From sequence record OP292654.1: DNA of 64,000 nucleotides; one strand, given 5' to 3'. Under the pieces are notes generated by a model. It was given only the letters and a program-made list of their open reading frames with translations, was not told where the DNA came from and did no database searches. This document shows positions 33,769 to 45,003 of the stretch, piece after piece. The position numbers and the translations under genes are program-made. The stretch's first letter is position 1. Each line of letters starts with the position of its first letter.

Positions 33769-34137
33769 ATGTATGAATTCAACCCTGTTATTTTAAGTGA
33801 GCGTAATATCAAAGAAACCCATACTGCTTTAAGTACGGGGAAACTGAGTTATCATGATGAACGCATTGAGCGTGAATTAACTGACGCAATTCAGATGATT
33901 ACTGATGCGTTTCATAACCGCTTAAATGGTTGGAAAGAGCGTGAGTTCTGGCGGGGCATGGTTGAAACTTTACTGGTTCAATTCAGTAAAGAAGAACCAG
34001 AAGTTACGGTAATGTTCATTCGTGGAATTACCAATAATGATGTTAATATCACATATCGTGAATTTCCATTGTTCCGTCCATTTGTATTAGTATATGGACC
34101 ATTACTTCGTCGTGCTCGTTGCTATAAAGGAGTCTAA
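33769..34137 (+). CDS. hypothetical protein
   Basis: GAGG RBS; promoter TTGACG-N17-TAAGAT at 33711. Confidence 0.65.
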   Translation: MYEFNPVILSERNIKETHTALSTGKLSYHDERIERELTDAIQMITDAFHNRLNGWKEREFWRGMVETLLVQFSKEEPEVTVMFIRGITNNDVNITYREFPLFRPFVLVYGPLLRRARCYKGV

Positions 34138-34396
34138 CATGACTATCATCCATATGTACGCTGTTGTTGACAACGATACCAATCAAGTTATTGGTAAAAA
34201 AGTTAGTCCCTTCGCACCACCAAAGATGCAAAACATCAACTACACGTTGACTTTTCCTGATGGTACTGAAGTTCAGGGTAAAGCTTTTCTGTCTAAAGCA
34301 GTGAAGTACTGGAACGTAGTTAAAGATCCTTTGTATCTGGTTCAGCCGGGTATTCAAGAGATTGAACTGAAACTGGAAGGCTTTTAAGGTGATTCT

Positions 34397-34762
34397 ATGT
34401 CAATCTTAGATGTGGATATAAATGAAACACAAATTCTGTTCGATGTTGTCAAAGGAGACGGAGAATTTGAATTTAACAGTTTAGTCTTCGTCCCAAAATA
34501 TCATTGGGAAAAAAATAACGAACTGATTGATTGTGTAACATATCAATCCGTTGGTTTTTCTGAAGGTGAAAACGATTTTGGTTATACTATTGTAGATTGT
34601 AATAGTGTAGTATGTGCTATTCATCCCAATGGTTCAGATAGTACTTCACTTTTTGATATTCAAAAGTTAATCAATATCTTAGAGGAAATGGGGTTTCAAT
34701 ATGAACCTGGTTTGATCGCGGCGTATGATAACGATTGCAACTTTTACATCAATAATTATTGA
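34397..34762 (+). CDS. hypothetical acidic protein
   Basis: TAAGGTG RBS. Confidence 0.65.
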   Translation: MSILDVDINETQILFDVVKGDGEFEFNSLVFVPKYHWEKNNELIDCVTYQSVGFSEGENDFGYTIVDCNSVVCAIHPNGSDSTSLFDIQKLINILEEMGFQYEPGLIAAYDNDCNFYINNY

Positions 34763-35058
34763 AGGCTTTATTTAATGATTACCTTAGACCCAAATAACAT
34801 ACCAGAAGGATTCACCGATAATTATTCATTTCAGTATGATACCAAAGAGTATTTTAAAAATACCGATCTGAAAAACAAATTGAATAAATTATTTGGTTCA
34901 TCTTTTAAGGCAGTTTACAGTACTGTTAAAGACTACGATCTTGATGGTGACACCATTGATTTAAGTGGTGATACTATTCTGATTTTTAATCATAAAGGTG
35001 AACTTATTAAAGTGAACAATTCTGAATGGTTGTTTATCACAAAACTTTAATAAAATCT

Positions 35059-35086
35059 GAAACGGCACGAATTTCTGTGCTATAAT
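35059..35086 (+). promoter_or_regulatory. GAAACG-N16-TATAAT class promoter
   Basis: GAAACG 35059, TGTGC-TATAAT 35081. Confidence 0.65.
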
Positions 35087-35094
35087 GTACCAAT

Positions 35095-35620
35095 ACAATT
35101 CTGTTTGATAGGGGCATCCAGCCCCTAATGTTGTAACCCTAATCCGATGAAAACGTAATTGGATAGTTGAGAAGTTCAAGCAGTTCAAAGAGCAAAAGAA
35201 ACCCGTCAGGAATCGGCATAGTTTGTACCGTCCACGGCAATGCGGCTCTATAAAGAAGTACTACAATCGTAATGTACTTCCTAGATAGACATATAAGGAT
35301 GCTACCTTACCAATAACCGATAAGGGAGAAAGCACCGATATTTGTACAATATAGATCCGTCCAAATTTTGCTGTTTTCAAGTACTAGATTTGATTGTATA
35401 GATTTAGTACTAAGCGAGCTAAGACCTCGACCGTTGTTAGAACTGAGATAAGAAGAATACCGAACAACCCGCTTCTGCACTTCTCCAAAAGTAATTCTCA
35501 ATACAATAATGCCGACGACTATCATCGTCAGGTTTCAAGCCCCCAGCGGGGGGATGAAAATGCCTCAACAAATCTCGTCAGATATGAATGAGGTAAGTTA
35601 GATTTTAATTTAGATTTTCT
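35095..35620 (+). ncRNA. candidate large ncRNA (about 0.5 kb)
   Basis: no convincing ORF; follows a stable-RNA-type promoter; hairpins such as TAGGGGC-ATCCA-GCCCCTA. Confidence 0.5.
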
Positions 35621-35643
35621 TGCTGCGAAGCGAAAGAAAATCC

Positions 35644-35672
35644 TTGACTCGCTCAGGCGAGGCGAGTATAGT
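35644..35672 (+). promoter_or_regulatory. sigma70-type promoter
   Basis: TTGACT-N17-TATAGT. Confidence 0.7.
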
Positions 35673-35727
35673 ACGATTCCATCAACGAAATTCAACTGGT
35701 TCATTATAGGAAAGAGGTACAACAATA

Positions 35728-36531
35728 ATGGGTACTATCTATTTGAAAGCGGATTTGGCTAATGTTACCGCAGAGAACATTAATCAATTCAATATCGGAC
35801 AACTGGAGTGCGATGAAGTAAACGATTTTATTCGTGCTGGTCATCGTCATCTGTTACTTCAGATCCCAACCACAGTACATGTTCAGTACTACATTCATCG
35901 CAATAGTCGTTTAACTAAAGAAGAGTGTGAACAAATTATCCGTAATAGTACTGAACTATGGGATGATATTGGTCAATTCCATGAGTACAGTGCGGAGTTC
36001 CTTATGGAGCACGGTGAAAAGTTGGCTCGTATCAATATCGAAGGTCAGCGTAATATCACTCCTGAATTCGCCCGTTTACATATGGATCGCCTGAGTATTG
36101 GTACACTACTTCAGTACCGTGAACGTATCGGTGATGTACTGGACTTCTTAGTAACTCCAGAAATTTGCGGTCGCTATCTGCGTCGTCATATGTCATGGAG
36201 TTCAAGTAAAGAATCTTTACTCCAGGCAATAGCAAACTGTGGTATTGAAGGTGAAAAACTTCAGACCATTCATCAGTTCATTAATAACTGGTATGATACT
36301 CCAGTTGACGCAGAACGTCTGGTTGCTGATTATCAGGATCAGGATCGTGCTCAGTACTCAATTGGTGTGGTTACTGACTTCTGGCGTAACAACTCACGTA
36401 AACAGAAGTATGCGAATTGGGAAGAATACGCAGAAGAATGCAAACAAACTCATGCTGATGGGTTAGCGAATACTTGGTACAGTTCATTCTTCCGTGAACC
36501 GATGGCAGATCTTCTTGGCTATAACGACTAA
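35728..36531 (+). CDS. helical-repeat protein, CxxG/W(N/D/E)E paralog family (divergent)
   Basis: GAGG RBS; ANWEEY segment similar to paralogs. Confidence 0.7.
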   Translation: MGTIYLKADLANVTAENINQFNIGQLECDEVNDFIRAGHRHLLLQIPTTVHVQYYIHRNSRLTKEECEQIIRNSTELWDDIGQFHEYSAEFLMEHGEKLARINIEGQRNITPEFARLHMDRLSIGTLLQYRERIGDVLDFLVTPEICGRYLRRHMSWSSSKESLLQAIANCGIEGEKLQTIHQFINNWYDTPVDAERLVADYQDQDRAQYSIGVVTDFWRNNSRKQKYANWEEYAEECKQTHADGLANTWYSSFFREPMADLLGYND

Positions 36532-36548
36532 CAAACAGGACAATAAAC

Positions 36549-37754
36549 ATGTTAACAGTAACGTCTGAAAAGACAAGTTTACGTGATTTGACAATCGCAG
36601 AACTTCGCCGTGTCGCTTGGGAACATATCGATCCAAGCGAATTTGTTGAGGATTTCAATGATTTGAATTTCCTCGCTCGTGTAAACTATGCGTCACGTCG
36701 CACTATTGCGAATTGGGTTGATTGGGGTTCTATCCTTTGTGTGATGAATGAACCTGCACTTGATTTCGTCATCAGTACTCGTAAACAGGTATCTCGCTCT
36801 CGTTTCTATCTAGATAGTGAAATGTGGGGTTATGAAAAGCAATATAGTCTGGAATTCCTGACTAAACATGCTAAACACCTGTATCTGAATGGTGCTCACC
36901 AGCAGAAGTGTATTACTCCTGAGTTCTTGGAGAAATTCGAAGATCATATCAATTATAGTCACTTCTTTGAACGTTTCCTTCAGACACGTGACATTGATGT
37001 ACTTCGTGAGTTCCTGATGTATAAAGATGGTTTGTTCCGTCGTTATATTATGCAATCACGTAGTATGCGTTACCTGAACCGTGAAGCACTGGAAGAACTG
37101 AATCAGCCAGTACCGGACTATTACGATACAGTGATCACTGAACAACGTATCATGTCTGGTCAGCCGTGCGATGATGGTCAGCGTTCATTCACTATTTGGC
37201 TGCGTAAGTTCCGTCGCGTTACTGGTCGTCCGAACGACTATCCAACATGGAACGAAATGTTGACTCTGATGAAATCACATCCTCGTTTGAACCAGAACGG
37301 ATATGTCGATTGGATCATGGGTCGCTGCCTGGAGAATACACCAGAGGAAGTTGCTCAGTATCCAGAACGTTTGAGCTTCAATCCTAAGCGTGTAGAACGT
37401 GATGCGTATCGGCACATCACTGGTACTGATGAAACTACTGGTGACGCAGATTTCAATATTGAATTTGCTGATGTGATTAACCCACAACCAGTACAGACTC
37501 AGGCTGAAAGTACTGAAAGTACTGAAAGTACTGGTAATTCAGAACAAGCAGAATCACCAATGGCAGCACTTGATCGGGCTATTGCTGCGATGATCGAAGG
37601 TCGTGTAACACCACAAATGGTACAGCCGATGGCAGCACCAATCACCTTCGCCAATCTTCGTATGCCTAGCTTCATGGCTTTCCAAACTGAAAGTACTGAC
37701 CACCCAGCATCATCTGACGATGGTGATTCGGGAAGTGATGAACCTGAAGCCTAA
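36549..37754 (+). CDS. helical-repeat protein, CxxG paralog family
   Basis: QPCDDG...PTWNEM; acidic disordered tail. Confidence 0.8.
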   Translation: MLTVTSEKTSLRDLTIAELRRVAWEHIDPSEFVEDFNDLNFLARVNYASRRTIANWVDWGSILCVMNEPALDFVISTRKQVSRSRFYLDSEMWGYEKQYSLEFLTKHAKHLYLNGAHQQKCITPEFLEKFEDHINYSHFFERFLQTRDIDVLREFLMYKDGLFRRYIMQSRSMRYLNREALEELNQPVPDYYDTVITEQRIMSGQPCDDGQRSFTIWLRKFRRVTGRPNDYPTWNEMLTLMKSHPRLNQNGYVDWIMGRCLENTPEEVAQYPERLSFNPKRVERDAYRHITGTDETTGDADFNIEFADVINPQPVQTQAESTESTESTGNSEQAESPMAALDRAIAAMIEGRVTPQMVQPMAAPITFANLRMPSFMAFQTESTDHPASSDDGDSGSDEPEA

Positions 37755-37762
37755 GTATCTAC

Positions 37763-37786
37763 AAGCCCAACTATGTTGGGCTTTTT
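37763..37786 (+). terminator. intrinsic terminator
   Basis: AAGCCCAAC-TAT-GTTGGGCTTTTT. Confidence 0.8.
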
Positions 37787-37810
37787 AATTGAGTAAACAA
37801 AGGAAGCAAC

Positions 37811-38335
37811 ATGGCAACAATCACCGCAATTAAAACAGTTGGCATCAATTCAATCAATGAGATTGTAGCCGCTGGACGTAACTTTGGTTTTGACAATATT
37901 ACGTGTTCCTGGTTCTCTGAGATTATCGAGGATTCAGTACAACATGGCTTTACTGTTGAAGCATATACTGAAGTATTTGAAAAAGCAAATGATGAAACTC
38001 TACGAGCAATGCTTACTTCTGCATTCCGTAATAATACATTTCTCGCACAGTTCGCTGATAAAGCTAATATTTCAGTACAGCAATTGGTTGAAGAACTTAC
38101 CAACAAGACAATCGAGAAGAAACTGTTCATCGAGATTCCATCTCTGGACGTAAGTATCGAACAACTGAATACCTTAGCAGAACATGAACTAATTTCACTG
38201 TATCATGTTGAACGTGTTAAAAGTATCGACGTAGCATTTGTTCAGAAGTATCACGAACAACTGGATATGCGTAGTCTCTTACGTGTATCAGAAAAGAACG
38301 ACGTTCGTGAAGAAGTACTGAAAATTTTAGCATAA
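37811..38335 (+). CDS. hypothetical helical protein
   Basis: AAGGA RBS. Confidence 0.7.
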   Translation: MATITAIKTVGINSINEIVAAGRNFGFDNITCSWFSEIIEDSVQHGFTVEAYTEVFEKANDETLRAMLTSAFRNNTFLAQFADKANISVQQLVEELTNKTIEKKLFIEIPSLDVSIEQLNTLAEHELISLYHVERVKSIDVAFVQKYHEQLDMRSLLRVSEKNDVREEVLKILA

Positions 38336-38351
38336 AGGAAAGTAGTATATA

Positions 38352-39146
38352 ATGGCTCATATTCAAATCACTGGTCAATTCGATATCGTAGAAGTAGCTC
38401 AGAATATCGAAGATTACCGTTTCGAATCACCAATCTCCGTAGAGGAATTCACACAACTTTTCGAGAACATGAATCCCCGTCAGTACCGTCATCTGGTATA
38501 TCAGGATGTACTTCAGAATGTACAAGAAGAAATCCCTGATGCAGTTGTAGAAGTACTTGTATCTTCAGGTTTGTATTACAATGACTTTGTATATCAGGCA
38601 AAACTGAAACCTAGTATGATCAAAAAGCTCATTGCTTCAACTGACATTGAATATGATCGCACTGGTCTTATTTCTAAACAGAATCTGTCTCTTGCACAAT
38701 TCAAAACAATTATCACTACAAGTGAATACTTCGATCCAGAAGAACTTGCTGACGCAGTAGGTGAAGCACGTAATCCTGATTGGGCGAAATTCATTGTGAA
38801 GTCATGGAATGAATTACCTGCTACTAAGGATGAAGAACTTAACGTCTTCCAGTACTATCTGTTTATTTCATTCGGTTCTCTGATTCTGTCAGATAACGAT
38901 AGTCGTAAACTGTTTGGTAAAGTTCGTCCACCTATGAGTTCTGAAGAACTACGTGCTCATGAGCCTTGTGCTGAAGGTTGGAAGCGTACACTGAAGTGGG
39001 CTGGGCGTTCTGATGTTCAGTACTCATGGAACGAGTTTATTGCTCGTCATATCATGGCAAGTACTGATGCGGTTGATTCTGCTAAGAGTGACCTGGAATG
39101 GCTGGCTGAATCCGTTGCCGATGAACTGGATTTATTCGACATGTAA
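38352..39146 (+). CDS. helical-repeat protein, CxxG paralog family
   Basis: LRAHEPCAEGWKR...YSWNEF. Confidence 0.75.
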   Translation: MAHIQITGQFDIVEVAQNIEDYRFESPISVEEFTQLFENMNPRQYRHLVYQDVLQNVQEEIPDAVVEVLVSSGLYYNDFVYQAKLKPSMIKKLIASTDIEYDRTGLISKQNLSLAQFKTIITTSEYFDPEELADAVGEARNPDWAKFIVKSWNELPATKDEELNVFQYYLFISFGSLILSDNDSRKLFGKVRPPMSSEELRAHEPCAEGWKRTLKWAGRSDVQYSWNEFIARHIMASTDAVDSAKSDLEWLAESVADELDLFDM

Positions 39147-39221
39147 TGTGTAAAAAGGGGTTGACAAACGCCAATCCCGTATATAAAATGGACTCCTATT
39201 CAACGTGAAGGGAGTCCATCA

Positions 39222-39764
39222 ATGATTAATGAAGCCATTATATATCGTAATACATGCTGTGCTTGCTGTGGTATCCCGCAGGTTTCGCCTAAGTACTTCC
39301 AAAAACTGGATGGTACATTAGTTCGGCACACGCTTGACCATGACAAACTTCGCTCACTTGGTGGTTCAAATTCAGTTGACAACCTCGTGTCCATGTGCTA
39401 CGATTGTAATCAAACTCGTGCTGATTTATTTGCTGGACTTCAGGAATATATTGACTGGTACTGGTCAGATGAACCATTACCTAAAGTCAAAAACTTCTCA
39501 TACTTACGTGAGAGGCCAAAGAGTACTGAGATCTTTGTTAAACGTGGTGCTTCCGTTAAACGTAGCGGATCGTACCTTCGTCTTAATAAAGGGTTCAAAG
39601 AATCAAAAAGCACTGATAGTACTGATAGTACTGAAAATAATATTCCAGTACTTCCGAGTCAGAATAAATCAGTTCCTACACGTATCGTAGAAATGAATGG
39701 TGTTAAGTATCAGGAATACAAACATCCATTATTCGGTACTTCACTTATCAAGATTGAGGATTAA
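39222..39764 (+). CDS. HNH endonuclease-domain protein
   Basis: CACCG...TLDHDKLRSLGGSNSVDNLVSMCYDCN; promoter TTGACA-N17-TAAAAT at 39161. Confidence 0.75.
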   Translation: MINEAIIYRNTCCACCGIPQVSPKYFQKLDGTLVRHTLDHDKLRSLGGSNSVDNLVSMCYDCNQTRADLFAGLQEYIDWYWSDEPLPKVKNFSYLRERPKSTEIFVKRGASVKRSGSYLRLNKGFKESKSTDSTDSTENNIPVLPSQNKSVPTRIVEMNGVKYQEYKHPLFGTSLIKIED

Positions 39765-39767
39765 GAT

Positions 39768-40598
39768 ATGGCTAAGATTAAGTTGCTCGTTAAAACTGAT
39801 TCGAATTTCAATGAACTGAAGCGTAAAGAAGTCCAAAATATTGATTGGTCGTCTTTTCCATTTGACGAACAGATGCAATACCTCGATGCTGAAACGTACA
39901 GCAAACTGACTATTGAAGGTCGTCAATGGGTTAATGGTCATCTGAATGATTACACTTCTAAGCCATTGGCTTTCTGGAATGTGGTTGCTGCGTTTAATGA
40001 AACTTCTGTTGCTCAACAGTTGTGGCGTACAGCAAATCTGGAAACCAAAGGTACTATGATGACGAATCATTCTGAGTGGTTCTCAGCATTTGAATTCGCC
40101 TATAAAGTCGAAACTGGTGAAGTTGATGGTGAATCGGTAACTGCGTTCGTTCATGAACATGGTGATCAATTCCAGTATGAAACCGATGGTTACTGGTTCC
40201 TCGCGAATCCGAAAATCCCGCTGGATGAATTCAACGCACCATTTGCGTTTGATGGTGTTCTGTATCCATCATTGCTTAATTACATCTATGAAGTACTGGA
40301 AGATGCTTATGAGCACGACGAGTATCCAGTACTGGTACATAACCACATGCTGAAATCGGCAGGTTATACACCTATTTGCGATCTGTCTCCTGCGTTCCTG
40401 CGTCGTCGTGATGCTTGTGACCACGGAACTCGGATTGCGAAGAAATGGATCGCAACAGTAACTAATGGTCAGAAAGACTCCATTACGTGGGATGAAGCAG
40501 TGAACTACATTCGTGCTAATCCTGAGTCATATGAAAACCATGAAATCATGGAACATCTGTGTTGGTGGTGGTCAAATGCCATCTTCGGCGGTAATTAA
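39768..40598 (+). CDS. protein of CxxG paralog family
   Basis: LRRRDACDHGTR...ITWDEAV. Confidence 0.75.
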   Translation: MAKIKLLVKTDSNFNELKRKEVQNIDWSSFPFDEQMQYLDAETYSKLTIEGRQWVNGHLNDYTSKPLAFWNVVAAFNETSVAQQLWRTANLETKGTMMTNHSEWFSAFEFAYKVETGEVDGESVTAFVHEHGDQFQYETDGYWFLANPKIPLDEFNAPFAFDGVLYPSLLNYIYEVLEDAYEHDEYPVLVHNHMLKSAGYTPICDLSPAFLRRRDACDHGTRIAKKWIATVTNGQKDSITWDEAVNYIRANPESYENHEIMEHLCWWWSNAIFGGN

Positions 40599-40924
40599 TG
40601 ACCATCTTTGGATTTGTGGTTGGTACTACATTGGTTAACAGTTTATTCCTGTTCGATTTGTACGTAACCAAATTCCAGCAACGTAAGTCATTGTGGGGTT
40701 CCACAATGACCGTTGTAGTGGGGTTATCGCCGTTAGCGTCGCTAATCCCGTTCTATACACTTGCCGTATTATGGTTCTTTGGACTAATATTCGGTAACTA
40801 CATCACCGCTTTCCAGGTAGTAGCCTCATTACTATTCTGGTTGTGGTATATTACAATGTACAGTATCAGTACTTACCTGTACTACAAATGGAAAGTACCA
40901 GATTTAAAGAAAGAGAATGAGTAA
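40598..40924 (+). CDS. membrane protein
   Basis: three hydrophobic helices. Confidence 0.65.
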   Translation: MTIFGFVVGTTLVNSLFLFDLYVTKFQQRKSLWGSTMTVVVGLSPLASLIPFYTLAVLWFFGLIFGNYITAFQVVASLLFWLWYITMYSISTYLYYKWKVPDLKKENE

Positions 40925-42107
40925 CTTTTTACGAAACTATCTTGCTGAGGCAGGTATCAGTATTAAAATTGAAACCCCTCAGCATCAACGTACCGCAATA
41001 GATTTAAACCCCGTTCCGAGGATCGAATTACCCGATATGACCAATCTATCACAATCAGTACGTGAACAAGTACAAGATATTGTTCACGCATCTCTTGAGT
41101 ATTCAAATAACCTGCGTTTCCGTGACGTAGTTCGTTATAAACTGGCTGGACGTTTCATTAACTCTCATAGTGAAACTATCTATTACGTCAGTGAGAACGA
41201 AAAAGAAGGTAAGAAAACCTATAAAGAAGTAATCCAGAAGTTCTGTGAAGAACATAATCTCGGTGCTGTAAGCATGGGATTCCAGGAACTTATCTATAGT
41301 GAAAATGAAGTACATGGTTGTATTGAATTCAACTACTGTACAGATAAGACCTTCGGGTTTACCTTCATGCTGGATGTTGCTCTGGCAGATGATTTCAAAA
41401 CTGCTATTAGCAATCGTGAGAACATCAACGATACACCTATCCTTACCCGTCTAAGTATGGATAACCGTGGGAACATGGTAGAGAATAGTATCCTGTTCAA
41501 CGCACCAAAAATCAATATGCCAGCGAATATCATGTATCCGTGGTTCGATGAAACTCCAGAAGATTTCGCACGTGCGTTCATGGCAGCATCACCCAACGTA
41601 CTAGTACTGTACGGTGATCCGGGTACGGGCAAAACTACGTTTATTAAACGTATGTTACAAGGTATCGGGTTTGAAGATGAACGTACCATTAGTGTTATCG
41701 ACACACCTGGGGTTATGAACTCACCTGAACTCGTTAACAATATCTACACATCTAAGCACAAAGATATTTTCATCTTTGAAGATGTGGACCGTCACCTTTA
41801 TTCACGTGAAGAAGGTAACGATATTATGGCGGGTCTGTTGAACGCAGCAGAAGGTCTAGCATCACCAGATGTTAAGATCATTATCAGTACTAACATCAAG
41901 AATCTGTCAGATATTGACAGTGCGTTGATTCGTCCTGGTCGTTGCTTTAAAACTCTTGAGTTCCTTAAGCTCGAAAAAGAACAGCAGTTCAATGTTCGCC
42001 AGTTCCTGGGTCTTGATGTTGAAGTATGTACCGCAGAACATCAATCACTTGCGGAAGTTATGAACGAACGTGCCACCGAAGGCATGACTGGTTCAGGTTT
42101 CATGTAA
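40917..42107 (+). CDS. AAA+ ATPase
   Basis: Walker A GDPGTGKT, Walker B IFIFEDVD, SRH IDSALIRPGR. Confidence 0.9.
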   Translation: MSNFLRNYLAEAGISIKIETPQHQRTAIDLNPVPRIELPDMTNLSQSVREQVQDIVHASLEYSNNLRFRDVVRYKLAGRFINSHSETIYYVSENEKEGKKTYKEVIQKFCEEHNLGAVSMGFQELIYSENEVHGCIEFNYCTDKTFGFTFMLDVALADDFKTAISNRENINDTPILTRLSMDNRGNMVENSILFNAPKINMPANIMYPWFDETPEDFARAFMAASPNVLVLYGDPGTGKTTFIKRMLQGIGFEDERTISVIDTPGVMNSPELVNNIYTSKHKDIFIFEDVDRHLYSREEGNDIMAGLLNAAEGLASPDVKIIISTNIKNLSDIDSALIRPGRCFKTLEFLKLEKEQQFNVRQFLGLDVEVCTAEHQSLAEVMNERATEGMTGSGFM

Positions 42108-42115
42108 TCAATCTT

Positions 42116-42140
42116 AGGGATACTTCGGTATCCCTTTTTT
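42116..42140 (+). terminator. intrinsic terminator
   Basis: AGGGATAC-TTCG-GTATCCCTTTTT. Confidence 0.85.
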
Positions 42141-43598
42141 ATAGGAAAATATAAATGGAATTTATTCTATCAGCAATTCTAATTATTGCTATCATTCCAG
42201 CAGCACTATTCTTATATGCTAATCTAAGTAATCTCGTTCAGATTATCTTTAATAATAATTTCGATGAACCTAAGTTTAAAAAGAAATGGCAGCTAAATAG
42301 CTATGCATCATATACATTAGTTGGTATTGGTATTGTGAACTTCCTTAATGTTATTTTTATTAAAAGCATTGGGTTAGATTCTTGTATTAGCGTTGCCCTT
42401 GTGGTAGGATCTTATTGGTATCTATTGATGCTAATTAAGAACTATTTTTCAAAAGAAACTGCTTGACAAGGATAACATTTCATGTTAGTATACAATGTAC
42501 TTCTAAAAGGTTTAAAGTTCGGTGAAGATATATATGAAGAAATTCCTATTCAGATCCGTGCTGAAACAGAACAGGAAGCTGATGCCTTAATCGCAGATGC
42601 TATCTATACAGTACGTTTAGATAATCTGTACTATAAAATGAAATACGTATCTAAGGTGAAATGTGATGAAACGGAGCGTAACAGCGGCGATGAATAAGTA
42701 CAAGGCTTCATGGACAACACGCCATGAGGTTAACAGTACTATTCAGCAGTTGAAAGATAAATTAGTACTTCTACAGAAGACCCGTAATAAGGAACTGCGG
42801 AATGCTAAAACTGAAACTGAGAAAGCTAAAGTACGCTCCAGGTATGACGACGAAATCAAGTATTATGATTACTTGTTGTACCTTATTAATTTAGAGTACT
42901 ATGATATTATCGGGAAACTTAAAAATGTTTAGCAAAGAAACATTCAATGAATTGAATCGCATATTAGAAGAAGATGATTTCTTTGAAATGCCCTCTGGAT
43001 TAAGCAGAGAAGAAAAGCGTCAATTCATTATTGACTGTGCCAATGGGTTAATTGAACCATCAACTAAAGGAACTAAACGTGATTTACCAGATGATAATCA
43101 AACACCTTAAAGAGATGCAAGAACGAGGAGAAGACATTGGAAATGCTATTCGTTTTTGTTCAGATAATATTGGCACATTCGACTTAACACTTCCTATATC
43201 GGAATTAGTTAACATATGTTTAACTAATAAATAAATTAGATTAAAATCATTAAAGGGATTTAAAATGATACATACTAATTTCGAAGCAGTAAAATCATGG
43301 AAGGACATTCCAATATCAAAATTGGGCGATTTGTTAAAGACACAAGGTTTTCAATTTGTAAAAACATTCAGTACGGACGAGCATCGTATTTTCGTTAATC
43401 AAGAAAATACACTCATGGTAGTGTTTGAACGTAATGTTGGAAAAGTATATAGTACTCGTAATAAAAAAGAAGTACTCCATACTTTCAATGTTATTGCTGA
43501 TTTGCCTAAATTAAATCAGGTCAAACGACCAGAATAAATTCAAAAAAAAGGGTTGACGTGAGTCAGCCCTTTTGCTATTATGAAGTCTATTAAATTAA

Positions 43599-43934
43599 TT
43601 GGAGAACATCATGGAAAAGTTTGAAGCTGGTAAACTGTTTTTGAAAATGTTGACTGAATATACTCAGGACTTCACTGTAAAATCTGATAGTGATGGTCGC
43701 TCTGAATCGTATTTTATTCAACATGTCCGTACCGGAACTCGCGTTCTCATTTCCATCTCAGGTAAACCACATTGTTATGTTGCTGATTCAGAAACTGATC
43801 TGAATTATATTGATTCAGAAACTGCTACTGCTTTAGCACTTTTCGCTCGTGATTATCTTGAAAAACAACGGGAACAATCGCTTATCAATAAAGATAATAA
43901 GCTGGTGTACAACATCACCGCACTTTATGTTTAA
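43599..43934 (+). CDS. hypothetical protein
   Basis: GGAG RBS; promoter TTGACG-N17-TATTAT at 43553. Confidence 0.7.
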   Translation: MENIMEKFEAGKLFLKMLTEYTQDFTVKSDSDGRSESYFIQHVRTGTRVLISISGKPHCYVADSETDLNYIDSETATALALFARDYLEKQREQSLINKDNKLVYNITALYV

Positions 43935-44016
43935 TTGAAAATTGAATAAAAAAGGGTTGACGAGAGTCAGCCCTTTTTGTTATACTTTTCGTACTGAAAT
44001 TTAAGAGAGAAATGAA

Positions 44017-44556
44017 ATGACCCGTATTAATCTGATACCTGTTACTGAACTTGCTGACCAACATCTTATGGCTGAATATCGTGAATTACCACGTGTGTTC
44101 GGTGCTGTACGTAAACACGTACAAGAAGGTAAACGTAAAAGTTCTTTCAAGATCAATAGCACTTATATTTTAGGTACTGGTCATGTTACATTCTTCTATG
44201 ATAAGCTTCTATTCCTTAAACAACGGCACGAAGATTTAGTTACTGAATGTTTACGCCGTGGTATCAAAATTACCAATACTGCTATTAACAGTATTAGTGA
44301 TTTGCCAGCAGAATTCTGTAATGATTATAATCCTACAGAATCCGAGATTAAGTTGTCTCGTGATCGTATTATTGAAAAACTCTTACTGAAACCAACTTGG
44401 TATAAGTATACTGATGTTGAGTTTCCTCAGTACTATATTGATATTTTGAAATCATATATCAGTACTGACAATGAATCGACTGGACAATCAATTAATATTG
44501 ACGATGAATATGAAGATGTTGAACGTCAAATTAAAGAAGAAATGAATAATTATTGA
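44017..44556 (+). CDS. denV: pyrimidine-dimer DNA glycosylase / endonuclease V
   Basis: [25 protein letters not shown]...[13 protein letters not shown], the T4 DenV signature. Confidence 0.95.
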   Translation: MTRINLIPVTELADQHLMAEYRELPRVFGAVRKHVQEGKRKSSFKINSTYILGTGHVTFFYDKLLFLKQRHEDLVTECLRRGIKITNTAINSISDLPAEFCNDYNPTESEIKLSRDRIIEKLLLKPTWYKYTDVEFPQYYIDILKSYISTDNESTGQSINIDDEYEDVERQIKEEMNNY

Positions 44557-44616
44557 TTGACAGCCCCTGAGCTATCGTGTAAGATAGCTCTATCTTAACT
44601 GAGAGGATAAAGCATC

Positions 44617-45003
44617 ATGACCGACGAAGAAATTCGTGCCAAAATCGCTGCCATTACAATTGACCTGAACAAAGCGTTCCTTCAAATTGTTGAAAAACAT
44701 GGTTTGGATAAGATGGAACGCGGTCGCTGTACTTTCACCGATGATGGTTTTCAAATGAAAATCTCAGGCGTATTCAGTGGTGGTGATAGTTCTGAAATGG
44801 CTAAACTCCGTGCTAATACGGTTGTGCTCGGTCTTAAAGATTCAGCGGTAGGTGCGGTAATCAACTTCGGTGGTGAACACTACGAACTGATCGGAATGAA
44901 GCAGAAGAACCTTGTTCTTCGTAAAGGTGAAAAGAACTACATAGCATCCATCGACAATGTGGTTGCTGCGATTAAACGAAATCATCCAGACCTGGTTCTG
45001 TAA
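44617..45003 (+). CDS. hypothetical protein
   Basis: GAGG RBS; promoter TTGACA-N17-TAAGAT at 44557. Confidence 0.7.
   Translation: MTDEEIRAKIAAITIDLNKAFLQIVEKHGLDKMERGRCTFTDDGFQMKISGVFSGGDSSEMAKLRANTVVLGLKDSAVGAVINFGGEHYELIGMKQKNLVLRKGEKNYIASIDNVVAAIKRNHPDLVL

Noticed and set aside
37507-37532. Short tandem GAAAGTACT repeats (also near 39610)
   Set aside because: They encode low-complexity STE/STD linkers and are covered by the general AGTACT observation.
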